Shown: positions 10,245-20,575, numbered from the stretch's first letter. The stretch: DNA of 64,000 nt from Rhodospirillales bacterium (GCA_030744625.1 JASLQF010000044.1:487-64486); one strand, 5' to 3'. The notes: generated by a model from the sequence alone, not told the origin. Numbers and translations: made by a program.

Positions 10245-11276
10245 CTACGCCGCCTCCAACTCGCCTTCCATGTCCCGGGTATAGCCGCCGCTACACGCCG
10301 CGCTGTTGAACTTGGCGCGGTGGTAAAGGGCCTGCTGGGCGGCCGCCACGTTGTCGGCGGAGCCACCCCACCGCTTCAGGGCCAGGGCCTGCAGGGCACG
10401 GCCATACGAGAAGCTGAGCTTCCACGGATGCGACCCGGTGAGCGCGTTCATAGCGTTGAGGTGTTGGGTCGCCACCTCGTCGCTCTGCCCGCCCGACAGG
10501 AACACGATGCCCGGCACCGCGGCGGGCACGGTGCGGGCGAGACAGGCGACAGTGCGCGCCGCCACCTCCTCGATGCCGGCCTGGGCGGCGCACTCGGCGC
10601 CCGAAATCACCATGTTCGGCTTCAGCAGCATGCCCTCGAGGCTGACGCCATGTTCGTGCAGGGCGTGGAAGACCGCGGCCAGGGTGTCGGTGGTGACCTC
10701 GTCGCAGCGCTCGATATCGTGGGCGCCGTCCATCAGCACCTCGGGCTCGACGATGGGCACCAGCCCGCCTTCCTGACAGAGGCGCGCGTAGCGGGCCAGG
10801 GCGTGGGCGTTGGCCTCGATGCAATAGCGGCTGGGAATGGCGTCGCCGATGGTGATGACGGCCCGCCACTTGGCGAAGGTGGCGCCCAACTCGCGGTATT
10901 CGGCGATGCGCTCGCGCAGGCCGTCGAGGCCCTCCGTCACCTTTTCGCCCGCCGCGCCGGCCAGCGCCTTGGCCCCGGTGTCCACCTTGATGCCGGGATG
11001 GATACCCTGGCCTTGCAGGACCTCGACGATGGGGATGCCTTCGGGGCTCGATTGGCGGATGGTCTCGTCGTAGAGGATGGCGCCGCTGACGAATTCACCG
11101 AGGCCGGCGGTGGTGAACAGCAGCGCGCGGTAGGCGCAGCGGCTGTCCTCGGTCGATTCGACGCCGATGGTCTCGAAGCGCTTTCCGATGGTCGGCGTGC
11201 TTTCATCGGCCGCCAGGATGCCCCGGGCGTCGGCCACGATGTCCTGGGCCACAGATTCGAGTTGCTGCACCGTCAT
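10245..11276 (-). CDS. Class I fructose-bisphosphate aldolase
   Basis: GILAADES, GIKVDTG, FAKWR, VPIVEPEV, LLKPNM, FLSGGQS, SFSYGRALQ. Confidence 0.95.
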   Translation of the reverse strand: MTVQQLESVAQDIVADARGILAADESTPTIGKRFETIGVESTEDSRCAYRALLFTTAGLGEFVSGAILYDETIRQSSPEGIPIVEVLQGQGIHPGIKVDTGAKALAGAAGEKVTEGLDGLRERIAEYRELGATFAKWRAVITIGDAIPSRYCIEANAHALARYARLCQEGGLVPIVEPEVLMDGAHDIERCDEVTTDTLAAVFHALHEHGVSLEGMLLKPNMVISGAECAAQAGIEEVAARTVACLARTVPAAVPGIVFLSGGQSDEVATQHLNAMNALTGSHPWKLSFSYGRALQALALKRWGGSADNVAAAQQALYHRAKFNSAACSGGYTRDMEGELEAA

Positions 11277-11296
11277 CGCCCTCCTCCCGATATTCC

Positions 11297-11345
11297 GTTC
11301 ATTTTACAGACGTCTTTCATTTTACAGGCGTCGTTCATTTTACAG
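11297..11345. repeat. Three tandem 18-bp-period copies (third partial) with core TTCATTTTACAG, overlapping the tkt stop codon
   Basis: gttcattttacagacgtc / tttcattttacaggcgtc / gttcattttacag. Confidence 0.9.
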
Positions 11346-13361
11346 CCGGGCCTTGACGGCGGCGACAACGTTCTCGGGCGTGATCCCGAAATGGGTGTAA
11401 AGCTGCCCGGCCGGCGCCGAGGCGCCGAAGGAATCCATGCCGACGAAACCGCCGGCCTCGCCGAGATACCTTTCCCAGCCCTGGCCGACGGCGGCCTCGA
11501 CGGCGACGCGCGCCGAGTCAGGCGCCAGCACGGAATCGCGGTAGGCGGCATCCTGCTCGTCGAAGAGTTCCCAGCACGGCATGGAGACCACGGCGGTGGG
11601 CACGCCGTCGGCCTGCAATGCCCGGCGCGCTTCCATGGCGAGGGCGACTTCCGAGCCGGTGGCCAGCACCGTCGCCCGCCGTTCGCCGTCGGCCTCGGCC
11701 AGCACGTAGGCGCCGCGCGCGCACAGGTTTTCGCTGCAGTGTTCGGTGCGCAGGGCCGGCACTCCCTGGCGGGTCAGGGCCAGGGCCGAGGGCCCGGTGA
11801 CGCGGGTGAGCGCGACGGCCCAGCACTCCGCCGTCTCCACCGCATCGGCCGGGCGCAACACGGCCATGTTGGGAATGGCGCGCAAGCTCGCCAGGGTCTC
11901 CACCGGCTGATGGGTCGGGCCGTCTTCGCCGAGGCCGATGGAATCGTGGGTCAGCACGTAGATGACGCGCTGGCCCATGAGGGCCGAGAGGCGCATGGCC
12001 GGGCGCATGTAATCGGCGAAGATGAGGAAGGTGCCGCTATAGGGGATGAGCCCGCCGTGCAGGGCCATGCCGTTCATGGCGGCGGCCATGGCGTGCTCGC
12101 GCACCCCGTAGTGGAGGTAGCGCCCGGCGAAATCGTTCGCCGTGATCACCGTCGTGCTTTCGGTGCGCGTGTTGTTGGATCCCGTGAGGTCGGCCGAGCC
12201 GCCGATCATCTGGGGCACCTGGGCGGTCAGCACGTCGAGGGCGGCCTGCGAGGCCTTGCGCGTCGCCCAGGCCGGCTTGTCGTCGGCCAGGGCGCGCTTG
12301 TGGGCATCGAGCGCCGCTTCCCAGCCGTCGGGCGGATCGCCGGCCAGGGCGCCGTCAAAGCGCGCCCTGGTGTCCGCATCAAGCTCGGTAATGCGCGCCT
12401 CCCAGTCGCCGCGCGCGCCCGCGCCGCGCGCGCCCGCGGCGCGCCAGGCGGCGAGCACGTCGTCGGGAACGGCGAAGGGCTCGTGCGGCCAGCCCAGATT
12501 CTGGCGGGCGCCGGCGATTTCTTGCGAGCCGAGAGGCGCGCCGTGGGTGGCCGACGTCCCCTCCTTGGTCGGCGCGCCGTAGCCGATGGTTGTGCGGCAG
12601 GCAATCAAGGACGGCTTGTCCGAGGTCCGCGCCTCCTCGATGGCGGCGGCGACGGCGACGGCGTCGTGGCCGTCCACCGATTGGACGTCCCAGCCCGAGG
12701 CGCGAAAGCGCGCCGGCTGGTCGTCGGAGACGGTGAGCTCGGTGGCCCCGTCGATGGAAACGTGGTTGTCGTCGAACAGCACGATGAGCCTGGCCAACCC
12801 GAGATGGCCGGCGAGCGAGATCGCCTCGTGGCTGATGCCTTCCATCAGGCAGCCGTCGCCGGCCACGGCGTAGGTGTAGTGATCGACGACGCCGTCGCCG
12901 AAGCGGGCATTCAAAAGGCGCTCGGCCAGCGCCATGCCGACGGCGTTGGCCACCCCTTGTCCCAGGGGGCCCGTCGTCGTCTCGATGCCCGGCGCGTGGC
13001 CGTACTCGGGATGGCCCGCCGTGCGTGCCCCGAGCTGGCGGAAATTCTCCAGCTCCGTCAGGGTCATGTCCTCGTACCCGGTGAGATAAAGGAGGGAATA
13101 GAGAAGCATCGAGCCGTGGCCCGCCGACAGCACGAAACGATCGCGGTCCGGCCACTCGGGCGCCGATGGGTCGAACTTCAGGAAATGGGTGAAAAGGACG
13201 GTGGCGGCGTCGGCCATGCCCATGGGCATTCCCGGATGGCCCGAGTTGGCTTTCTCCACCGCGTCCGCCGCCAGGAAGCGGATGGCATTGGCCATGTCTT
13301 CGTGGGCGACGCCGGGCGCGGAAGTGGTCTCGGCGCGGGGCTTTTGGCGGGTGGCGGTCAT
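11340..13361 (-). CDS. tkt: Transketolase
   Basis: [52 protein letters not shown]. Confidence 0.97.
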   Translation of the reverse strand: MTATRQKPRAETTSAPGVAHEDMANAIRFLAADAVEKANSGHPGMPMGMADAATVLFTHFLKFDPSAPEWPDRDRFVLSAGHGSMLLYSLLYLTGYEDMTLTELENFRQLGARTAGHPEYGHAPGIETTTGPLGQGVANAVGMALAERLLNARFGDGVVDHYTYAVAGDGCLMEGISHEAISLAGHLGLARLIVLFDDNHVSIDGATELTVSDDQPARFRASGWDVQSVDGHDAVAVAAAIEEARTSDKPSLIACRTTIGYGAPTKEGTSATHGAPLGSQEIAGARQNLGWPHEPFAVPDDVLAAWRAAGARGAGARGDWEARITELDADTRARFDGALAGDPPDGWEAALDAHKRALADDKPAWATRKASQAALDVLTAQVPQMIGGSADLTGSNNTRTESTTVITANDFAGRYLHYGVREHAMAAAMNGMALHGGLIPYSGTFLIFADYMRPAMRLSALMGQRVIYVLTHDSIGLGEDGPTHQPVETLASLRAIPNMAVLRPADAVETAECWAVALTRVTGPSALALTRQGVPALRTEHCSENLCARGAYVLAEADGERRATVLATGSEVALAMEARRALQADGVPTAVVSMPCWELFDEQDAAYRDSVLAPDSARVAVEAAVGQGWERYLGEAGGFVGMDSFGASAPAGQLYTHFGITPENVVAAVKARL

Positions 13362-13699
13362 CGGCGGGTTTCTCCTAGTCGATGGTAACCGGTGCCGGGA
13401 CCGCCGATGGCACACGGCGGCGCGGCGCTCCGAATCCCAGGAGATCGCTTTATCTTGCGCGGTTTCAAGGGATTAGCTGGAATCGCCCAGACCCTTATTC
13501 TTGCCAAGCGACACCCCGGAAACCGGTGGAGCCAAGCGCTGCGGCGAACAACCGCCCGCCGCGTCTTCAATACCACATTGGCGGAACCAATCAACAGGGC
13601 ATCGGCGGCGCGGCAGCGCCGGTTTAGCGCTTCTCGCGGTGCCCGCAAATCGGCTATACGGGGTGTCCGAGAAAAAACCCATTGGGAAGGAAGCACGTC

Positions 13700-14092
13700 A
13701 TGTTCACTGTTCACAACCCGGCATCCATCGTCGCCCCGCTCAGCCATTACAGCCACGCCATCAAGGTGCCGCCGAACGCCGAATGGCTTTACCTCGCCGG
13801 GCAGGTCGGGATCGGAGCGGACGGCAAGCTCGCCGAGGGATTCGAGGCCCAGAGCGACATCGTCTGGACCAACATCGGGGCGATACTCGAGGATGCCGGC
13901 ATGGGCTTCGAGCATTTGGTCAAGGTCAACATCTACCTGACCGATACCGCCGACATCCCCGCCTCGCGCACTCTTCGCGACAAGTACCTGGGCGATCTGG
14001 AAAACCCGCCGGCGGCGACCCTGGCCGTCATCTCCCAGCTCGCCAACCCGGGTTTCCTGGTCGAGATCGAGGGTATCGCCGCCAAGGCTTGA
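13700..14092 (+). CDS. RidA/YjgF family protein (Arg-lacking type)
   Basis: YSHA, LYLAGQVG, LVKVNIYL, LVEIEGIA. PAAT in place of PAR. Confidence 0.85.
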   Translation: MFTVHNPASIVAPLSHYSHAIKVPPNAEWLYLAGQVGIGADGKLAEGFEAQSDIVWTNIGAILEDAGMGFEHLVKVNIYLTDTADIPASRTLRDKYLGDLENPPAATLAVISQLANPGFLVEIEGIAAKA

Positions 14093-14140
14093 CGCTGCTG
14101 AGGCGCGCCACGGAACCACGGCCAAGCATGGAGGTGGATC

Positions 14141-14362
14141 ATGGGAAAGGTCGAAAGCCTGTACGGCACAACCCCAGCCGAGATTTTCGAAAGCGGGCTG
14201 GAAAACATCGGCGATATCGAAGCGGTCGCCGTTTCCGTCCTGTGGAAGGACGGCACCGTCACCGCCGGATGGTCGAACATGGAACGGGCGCAGGTGGCGT
14301 TCTTGGTATTGGCGCTCGACGCGCGCCAGCGCCGCGACCTGTTGCGGGAGATCGAGGGTTGA
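14141..14362 (+). CDS. Small hypothetical protein
   Basis: SD GGAGG, fits between RidA and GFA genes on the same strand. Confidence 0.6.
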   Translation: MGKVESLYGTTPAEIFESGLENIGDIEAVAVSVLWKDGTVTAGWSNMERAQVAFLVLALDARQRRDLLREIEG

Positions 14363-14390
14363 AGGCCGGCGAGGCGGCGGGACCGGCGCC

Positions 14391-14834
14391 ATGAGCGCGC
14401 CGGAAGGCGAAGAGTGGACAGGCGGATGCCTGTGCGGGGCGTTGCGCTACCGGGCCGCGAAAGGCCCGGTGCGCGCCGTCATCTGCCACTGCGAAATGTG
14501 CCGCAAGGTGTCCGGGGCGCCGCTGCTTTCGTTCGTCCACTTTCCCCTCGACGGCTTCCAGTGGAGTGAGGGCGAGCCATCCTACTATCGCTCCTCGGCC
14601 GACGCCGAACGCGGCTTCTGCCCCATTTGCGGCAGCACGGTGTCGATGAAGGAAACGGTCCTCGACGACCGCGTCCAGGTGTCGCTGGGCAGCCTCGACC
14701 GGCCCGGGGACGTCACCCCCGACGACCACGTGTGGACGCAGAGCCAGCTTCCCTGGCTGCACATCGATGACCGGTTGCCACGCTATCCCCGGAACAGCCC
14801 GGCGGCGCCCAGCCTCGCCGTCGAAGCGGATTAG
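14391..14834 (+). CDS. GFA (CENP-V/Mss4-like) family protein
   Basis: GGCLCGA, CHCEMCRK, FCPICGS. Confidence 0.9.
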   Translation: MSAPEGEEWTGGCLCGALRYRAAKGPVRAVICHCEMCRKVSGAPLLSFVHFPLDGFQWSEGEPSYYRSSADAERGFCPICGSTVSMKETVLDDRVQVSLGSLDRPGDVTPDDHVWTQSQLPWLHIDDRLPRYPRNSPAAPSLAVEAD

Positions 14835-14947
14835 GGGGCTCGAACCCGGGCGGCGGCCTGGCCATGGCCGGCCGGCGGCGCTTCGTGCTAACGTCGCGCC
14901 CGCGAACAACAGCCCGCGACGCGGCGCCTTGATCAGGAAACAAAAAC

Positions 14948-16003
14948 ATGCACAGCCAACAAATCGTCGAATTCGGCGGGCCGCTCGTGGCCCACGACTA
15001 TCCCACGCCCGAGCCCACCGGCACCGAGGTCCTGGTGCGCGTACATGGCTGCGGCGTCTGCCATTCCGACCTGCATATCTGGGACGGCTATTTCGATCTC
15101 GGCGGCGGCAACAAGGTCATGGTCATCGACCGCGGCATGAAGATACCCTTCACCCTCGGCCACGAAATCGTCGGCGAAGTGGCGGCGCTGGGGCCCGAGG
15201 CCGAGGGAGCCACCGTCGGCGACAAGCGCATCGTCTATCCCTGGGTGGGCTGCGGCGAATGCGCGATCTGCGCGCGCGGCGACGATAACCTGTGCGTCAC
15301 CCAGCGATTTCTCGGCACCCGCGTCGACGGCGGATACTCAGACCACGTGGTGGTGCCGCACCCGCGCTACCTGGTCGACTACGAAGGCGTCGACGACGAC
15401 ATCGCCGGCACCTACGCGTGCTCGGGCCTGACCGCCTATGCGTCGCTCAAGAAGGTGGCCTCGCTCGGCGCCGACGACAACGTGGTGATGATCGGCGCCG
15501 GCGGCGTCGGCCTCAGCGCCGTGCACCTGGCGCCGTCGGTGATCGAGGCCGGCGTCATCGTCGCCGACACCGATGCGGCGAAGCGCCAGGCGGCGCTGGC
15601 GGCGGGTGCCTGGCACGCCATCGACAGCACCGCCGAGGACGCCGTCAAGACGGTACGCACGGAGCTGACCAAGGGCGGCGCCGGCGCCGTCATCGACTTC
15701 GTGGGCAGCCCCGCCACCGCCCAATTCGGCCTCGACGTGCTGCGCAACGGCGGAACCCTGGTCATCGTCGGCCTGTATGGGGGCCAATTGCCCCTGTCTC
15801 TCGTCCTGCTCCCCTTCCGCAGCCTGCGCATCATGGGCTCGTTCGTGGGCTCCCTGCCTGACCTGCGCGCCCTCATGGCGCTGGTCAAGGAGCGCGGCGT
15901 GCCGCCCATACCGTACGAGACGCGGCCGCTCTCGGATGCCAGCCAGGCGCTCGTCGACCTCAAGGCCGGCCGCGTCACGGGCCGCGTCGTCCTCAGGCCC
16001 TGA
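14948..16003 (+). CDS. Zinc-dependent alcohol dehydrogenase
   Basis: CGVCHSD, LGHE, CGECAIC..C, IGAGGVG. Confidence 0.92.
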   Translation: MHSQQIVEFGGPLVAHDYPTPEPTGTEVLVRVHGCGVCHSDLHIWDGYFDLGGGNKVMVIDRGMKIPFTLGHEIVGEVAALGPEAEGATVGDKRIVYPWVGCGECAICARGDDNLCVTQRFLGTRVDGGYSDHVVVPHPRYLVDYEGVDDDIAGTYACSGLTAYASLKKVASLGADDNVVMIGAGGVGLSAVHLAPSVIEAGVIVADTDAAKRQAALAAGAWHAIDSTAEDAVKTVRTELTKGGAGAVIDFVGSPATAQFGLDVLRNGGTLVIVGLYGGQLPLSLVLLPFRSLRIMGSFVGSLPDLRALMALVKERGVPPIPYETRPLSDASQALVDLKAGRVTGRVVLRP

Positions 16004-16081
16004 GAGCCCGTCGGCGGTGCTCCATGCGAGGACGCCTCCGCGCCGAGTGCGCGGGCACCGGATGTGGGTTATGATGGCCCC

Positions 16082-16642
16082 ATGAATGACGAGTCCCAAC
16101 AACTCCACTTCCGCTATTCCCCGGAAGACGACCGCATCATGGCGTTCATCCGCGGAGAGGGGGGAAAGGAACACGTCTTCGAACTGACGCGCCGGGTGAT
16201 CAAGGCGCTGTGGCCGCAGCTCGCGTCAAGGGTCGGCGCCGCCAGCGAGGCCGTCAAGAAAGCGCCGACGGACGTCCGCAAGCAAGTGCTGGAGTTCGAA
16301 CAGGAGGGCGCCATGCAGAGCGCCAGGCAGACGGGCGCCGTCTCGACCGGCCAGAAGCTGCCGGCGGCACAGCAGCGCACCCGCTACCTGGTCAAGAAGA
16401 TACAGTTGGAGGACCACCCTTCGGGCCACAAGATTCTGCATTTCTCGGACGGCAAGACGTCCCTCAACCTGCCGATCACGGTGGAGCGCCTGCAGGTGGT
16501 ATGCGAACTTTTGCGGTCCCTGGCGACCAACGCCGATTGGGACCTCAACCTGGCCTACGGGATGGCGCCGGCCAAGCCCGGACAAAAAAAACCGGCGGCC
16601 AGCGGCGGCACGACGCCAAAGGGCAAGCCGTCGCTCCATTAA
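16082..16642 (+). CDS. Hypothetical protein
   Basis: Open frame with host-like codon usage filling the gap between adh and the BON gene. Confidence 0.65.
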   Translation: MNDESQQLHFRYSPEDDRIMAFIRGEGGKEHVFELTRRVIKALWPQLASRVGAASEAVKKAPTDVRKQVLEFEQEGAMQSARQTGAVSTGQKLPAAQQRTRYLVKKIQLEDHPSGHKILHFSDGKTSLNLPITVERLQVVCELLRSLATNADWDLNLAYGMAPAKPGQKKPAASGGTTPKGKPSLH

Positions 16643-16668
16643 ATTCTTATCAAGAAAGGCAAGATGCC

Positions 16669-17301
16669 ATGCGAAACGGGGTAATCAACAAGCTTTGTGC
16701 GGTCTTTTTCACCTTCTTGCTTGTCGCATGGGGCGTCGGCACCGGGCCGGCGGCCGCCCTCGAACTCAATCCCTTTTCGGCCATCAAGAGCGCCGTCGAG
16801 GCCGCCGTCGAGGATCGCAGCTCCGAAGACATCGCCGAGGACCTGAGGATCAAGGCGGCGATCACCGCCGACGTCATCGGCGAGATGGGAACCGACGTCA
16901 TCTCGATCAGCTCAGACGTCTACGAACAGGACGTTATGCTGACCGGCAGCGTCGAGAAGGAAGAGCAGAAGAAACAGGCCGAAAAGCTGACCAAGGCCAT
17001 CGAGGGGGTGAAAAAGATCTATAACGAAATCCTCGTTAAAAAGCCCTTGGACAAGGAAAAAGGCGCCGTCGAGAACTTCGTCGACGACTCCGTCATCGAG
17101 GGCAAGATCAACGCCCTCCTGCTCGACGCCTCGGGCGTCAACGTCACCAACTTCCGCTGGCGCTCGGTGGGCGGCACGGTGTTCCTGTTCGGCCGCGCGC
17201 TGTCGAAGGAAGAGCTCAAGAAGGCGATCGCCGTCGTCAAGGACATCGACAACGTCGTCGCCGTGACCAGCCGGGTGAAGGTCCGCCCCAAGTCCGACTG
17301 A
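16669..17301 (+). CDS. Dual BON-domain exported protein
   Basis: Signal peptide plus two BON repeats (VMLTGSV..GVKKIYNEI and VDDSVIEGKI..VFLFG). Confidence 0.85.
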   Translation: MRNGVINKLCAVFFTFLLVAWGVGTGPAAALELNPFSAIKSAVEAAVEDRSSEDIAEDLRIKAAITADVIGEMGTDVISISSDVYEQDVMLTGSVEKEEQKKQAEKLTKAIEGVKKIYNEILVKKPLDKEKGAVENFVDDSVIEGKINALLLDASGVNVTNFRWRSVGGTVFLFGRALSKEELKKAIAVVKDIDNVVAVTSRVKVRPKSD

Positions 17302-17310
17302 GAGCCAGCC

Positions 17311-18297
17311 ATGCCCAAAGCAGCCGTCATCCACGAGAAGGGTCCGCCCGAGGTCCTGGTGTGGGAGGACATCGAGGTGCCCGACCCCGGACCCGGCGAG
17401 GCCCGCCTCAAACAGACCGCCGTCGGGGTTAATTTCGTGGACACCTATCACCGGGCCGGGGTCCCCCACCCGTGGCCGGTGCCGCCGCCGCCCACAGTCA
17501 TCGGGCTCGAGGGCGTCGGCATCGTCGAGGCGGTCGGCCCCGGCGTCACCGGCATCGCGGCCGGCGATCGCGTGGCCTACGCCCTGCCCCCGCTCGGCGC
17601 CTACGCCGAGGTCCGCAACATGACCACCCACCGCCTCATCAAGGTGCCCAAGGGAATCGGCGACGTTCAGGCCGCCGGCATGATGCTCAAGGGCCTGACC
17701 GCCCAATACCTGTTGCGCAGCACCTACCGGGTGCGGCCCGGAGACACCATCGTGGTGACGGCGGCGGCCGGCGGCATGGGGCTCATCCTATGCCAGTGGG
17801 CCAATCACCTGGGCGCCACCGTCATCGGCACGGTGAGCACCGAGGAAAAGGCGGAACAAGCCGCCGCCCACGGCTGCCATCACCCGGTGGTGTACGAGCA
17901 ACGCGACTTCCGCGAGACCGTGCGCGAAGTCACCGACGGCGCCGGCGTGCCGGTGGTCTACGAATCGGTCGGCAAGGACACCTTTCAGCGCTCCCTCGAT
18001 TGCCTGCGCCCGCGCGGCATCCTGGCCAGCTTCGGCCACGCCTCGGGACCGCCCGACCCGGTCGACGTGATCGACCTCGGCGCCCGCGGCTCGCTGTGGG
18101 TGACGCGGCCCACCATCATGACCTACATGGAAGATCGCGACGACATGGTCGCTGCGGCGGGCGAGCTCTTCGAGGTGGTGCAATCAGGCGCCGTCAAGAT
18201 CGAGGTCAACCAGACCTTCGCCCTGAAGGACGCCGCCGAGGCCCACCGCGCCGTCGGCGAGCGCCGGACCACGGGCTCTACGGTGCTGCTTCCTTAG
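17311..18297 (+). CDS. qor: NADPH:quinone oxidoreductase (zeta-crystallin family)
   Basis: GVNFVDTYHR, MMLKGLTAQYLL, AAAGGMG, VVYESVGKDTF, RRTTGSTVL. Confidence 0.9.
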   Translation: MPKAAVIHEKGPPEVLVWEDIEVPDPGPGEARLKQTAVGVNFVDTYHRAGVPHPWPVPPPPTVIGLEGVGIVEAVGPGVTGIAAGDRVAYALPPLGAYAEVRNMTTHRLIKVPKGIGDVQAAGMMLKGLTAQYLLRSTYRVRPGDTIVVTAAAGGMGLILCQWANHLGATVIGTVSTEEKAEQAAAHGCHHPVVYEQRDFRETVREVTDGAGVPVVYESVGKDTFQRSLDCLRPRGILASFGHASGPPDPVDVIDLGARGSLWVTRPTIMTYMEDRDDMVAAAGELFEVVQSGAVKIEVNQTFALKDAAEAHRAVGERRTTGSTVLLP

Positions 18298-18649
18298 CAG
18301 GCTCCATGACCGCCCGGTCAAGCCGCCAGGGCGCCTTGGTTCAAGGAGTGTTCGTTCTTCGGGCCGCGCCCAAAGTCGCGGACCCCGCGGGAAGCACGCT
18401 GAATAGCGCGCCCCCGCGAGACCCGCCGGGATCCCGAGACCCATGGGGGCAATGGGCCAACGGTTGTTCGCCGTTCGAGATCCTTGTTCTCCCTAAAGCT
18501 CGAACACGGGAGCGTGATTCAAAGGTAATGCTACTTACTCGCATTTTCAAGGTTCTTTGCCGGCGTGACACCGGCCTGCTCCTCCGAATGTCCCCATCCA
18601 AGGAGTTGTCGGTTGGCAAGTGGGCATCGCCGAGGCATCATTCGACGCC

Positions 18650-19021
18650 ATGGGATGCCGCGCTCCCTCTCTTGCCCTGGCCGCCGCGGCGCTTGTCGCG
18701 ACGGGCCCGGCGGGCGCTGAGGGCGACGCCGGGAAAGGCAGGCGGCTCGCCATCGAGCACTGTTCCCGATGCCACGTGATCGACGATTACAACCGTTTCG
18801 GCGGCATCGGGAGCACACCCTCCTTCCAAATCCTGGCCCACATGCCGGACTACCTGGAACGCTTTCAGACCTTCTACGCGCGCCGTCCCCATCCGACCGT
18901 CGTCAATGTGCCGGGCGTCGAGGCCTGGACCAAACTTCCGGCGTTCGTCGTCAAGTTCACGGTGAGGCCCGAGGACATCGATGCCCTCGTCACCTTCGTC
19001 GAGACCCTGCGAAAAAAATAG
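18650..19021 (+). CDS. Monoheme c-type cytochrome
   Basis: Signal peptide, GDAGKGRRLA then CSRCH. Start uncertain. Confidence 0.75.
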   Translation: MGCRAPSLALAAAALVATGPAGAEGDAGKGRRLAIEHCSRCHVIDDYNRFGGIGSTPSFQILAHMPDYLERFQTFYARRPHPTVVNVPGVEAWTKLPAFVVKFTVRPEDIDALVTFVETLRKK

Positions 19022-19117
19022 GGAATATTCCGAAAAAGTAGGAAATACCCCGCACAATGGCGGCAAAATGTGCAATAGTCCGGTTTCGAAACCCTAAAAA
19101 AAAATTGTGGATTTACA

Positions 19118-19522
19118 ATGACGTTTCTTCCGTGGTCCGAAGACTACAAGGTCAACATCCGCGTCATCGACAACGAGCACCGGGCGCTGTTCGATCTCGT
19201 CAACGCCCTTCACCTGGAGATCAGCCAGGGAAAGGGCGAGCGGGTCGTCGGCAGCACCTTGAGCGCCCTCATCCGCCACATCGAGGAACACTTCCCCAAC
19301 GAGGAAAAGTACATGGAGCAGTGCGGGTTCCCGGGCCTGAGGCACCACGTCTCCGAACACGAAAGGTTCGCCCAGACGGTGCGCCGCTTCAAGCAGCAGT
19401 TCGACGACAACCCGGACCGCCTGAATACCGACAGTCTCCTCAATACGCTGAAGAATTGGATCACCGGCCACATCTTGAAGAGCGACAGGGAAATGATCCC
19501 CTACCTGCGCGGCGAGAAGTAG
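19118..19522 (+). CDS. Bacteriohemerythrin
   Basis: IDNEH, HFPNEE, HVSEH, WITGHILKSD give the full ligand set. Confidence 0.92.
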   Translation: MTFLPWSEDYKVNIRVIDNEHRALFDLVNALHLEISQGKGERVVGSTLSALIRHIEEHFPNEEKYMEQCGFPGLRHHVSEHERFAQTVRRFKQQFDDNPDRLNTDSLLNTLKNWITGHILKSDREMIPYLRGEK

Positions 19523-19537
19523 CCGGCCAAAGGCGGC

Positions 19538-19551
19538 TTGACCGACATCAA
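19538..19551. promoter_or_regulatory. FNR/FixK-type box upstream of second hemerythrin
   Basis: TTGAC-CGAC-ATCAA versus consensus TTGAT-N4-ATCAA. Confidence 0.6.
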
Positions 19552-19629
19552 GGACGACGCGCCGGTAAGCTGTTGGTGTCTCGGTGCGTCCTGCCTGACG
19601 CCGAGAGACAAGGGGGAGCGGGTCCGACG

Positions 19630-20049
19630 ATGAAACGGCGGTTCTGGAAAGAAGATTATCGGCTTGGCATCGACGAGCTGGACGAAGACCACATCGCCAT
19701 CTGCGACATCATGGAGCGCTTCGTCGACGCGGCGGGCAAAGGGCCGGACAACCCGGACGTCAAGGCGATTTTCCGCGAACTGCATGGCATGCTGGACGAG
19801 CACTTCAAGACGGAACAACGCTACCTTTCGAAGACGCCGATCCCCGAGGACGACCTGCGAAACCACATCGACGGACACCTCGACGTCCTCTACACCTTCG
19901 AACACGAGTTCTCCAAATGGGAGGAAGCGCCGGAGGGAACGGCCCCATCGGGCGATCTCTCCAAAGTCTGTACGTGGGTGTGGACGGAGTTGGCGCGCGC
20001 CGACATGGAGATCGGCCGGCGGCTCCGGGCCCTCAGGGAAGGGGCATAG
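19630..20049 (+). CDS. Hemerythrin-like protein with variant last ligand
   Basis: LGIDELDEDH, HFKTE, HIDGH, WVWTELARAD. Confidence 0.8.
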   Translation: MKRRFWKEDYRLGIDELDEDHIAICDIMERFVDAAGKGPDNPDVKAIFRELHGMLDEHFKTEQRYLSKTPIPEDDLRNHIDGHLDVLYTFEHEFSKWEEAPEGTAPSGDLSKVCTWVWTELARADMEIGRRLRALREGA

Positions 20050-20106
20050 CGGCGCAACGGCTGAATCGCCGATACCGCGCGCGGCGTCAGGCTGGGGCTA
20101 AGAAAT

Positions 20107-20184
20107 TGGGGTGGCTGATGGGAATTGAACCCACGACCTCTTGGTCCACAACCAAGCGCTCTGACCAACTGAGCTACAGCCACC
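20107..20184 (-). tRNA. tRNA-His (GTG) with encoded G-1, C73 and CCA
   Basis: GGTGGCTGTAGCTCAGTTGGTCAGAGCGCTTGGTTGTGGACCAAGAGGTCGTGGGTTCAATTCCCATCAGCCACCCCA folds as a cloverleaf. Confidence 0.97.
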
Positions 20185-20263
20185 ATGGAAGCGCCCCCTA
20201 ACTAACCTCGGGGGTGCGGCCCGTCAACAATGGTGCAAGGGGCGCCCGGGGCTCGTGGATCCC

Positions 20264-20575
20264 CTAGATCACGATGTCGATGATCGAGCCCCGCGGCAGG
20301 TCGGGATCGAAGACGGCGTCGGTCGAAAGATCGATGTTGCGCTGGACATTGTCCGCCAGCTCGGCGTCACGGACGTCGTCTTCGTGCCGCGCCCGGACCT
20401 CATCGGTCCGGCGGGCGTCGTCCCTCTCCCGAATGGCGCCGGCGGTGGCCTCCCGGTCCTCCCCGACCGCCTCCTCGCGGGCCCGGTTGATCTGCCGCGC
20501 GGTGCTGTCGCGCTGCTGCTCGCGGGCGATTTCGACACGCACGAGCTGAGAGGCAATATCGGTGATTTCCGCCAA
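20264..20575 (-). CDS. Small charged hypothetical protein
   Basis: Open frame ending PRGSIIDIVI. TTG start estimated. Confidence 0.5.
   Translation of the reverse strand: MAEITDIASQLVRVEIAREQQRDSTARQINRAREEAVGEDREATAGAIRERDDARRTDEVRARHEDDVRDAELADNVQRNIDLSTDAVFDPDLPRGSIIDIVI

Noticed and set aside
9738-13388. 1216-aa + strand ORF
   Set aside because: Antisense shadow of rpe, fba and tkt in high-GC DNA with no recognisable motifs.
18298-18620. Long intergenic region as an sRNA or small ORF
   Set aside because: No recognisable RNA family, terminator or convincing coding signal by eye.
20107-20184. tRNA-His as an island integration site
   Set aside because: No integrase and no duplicate of the tRNA 3' end seen in the window.
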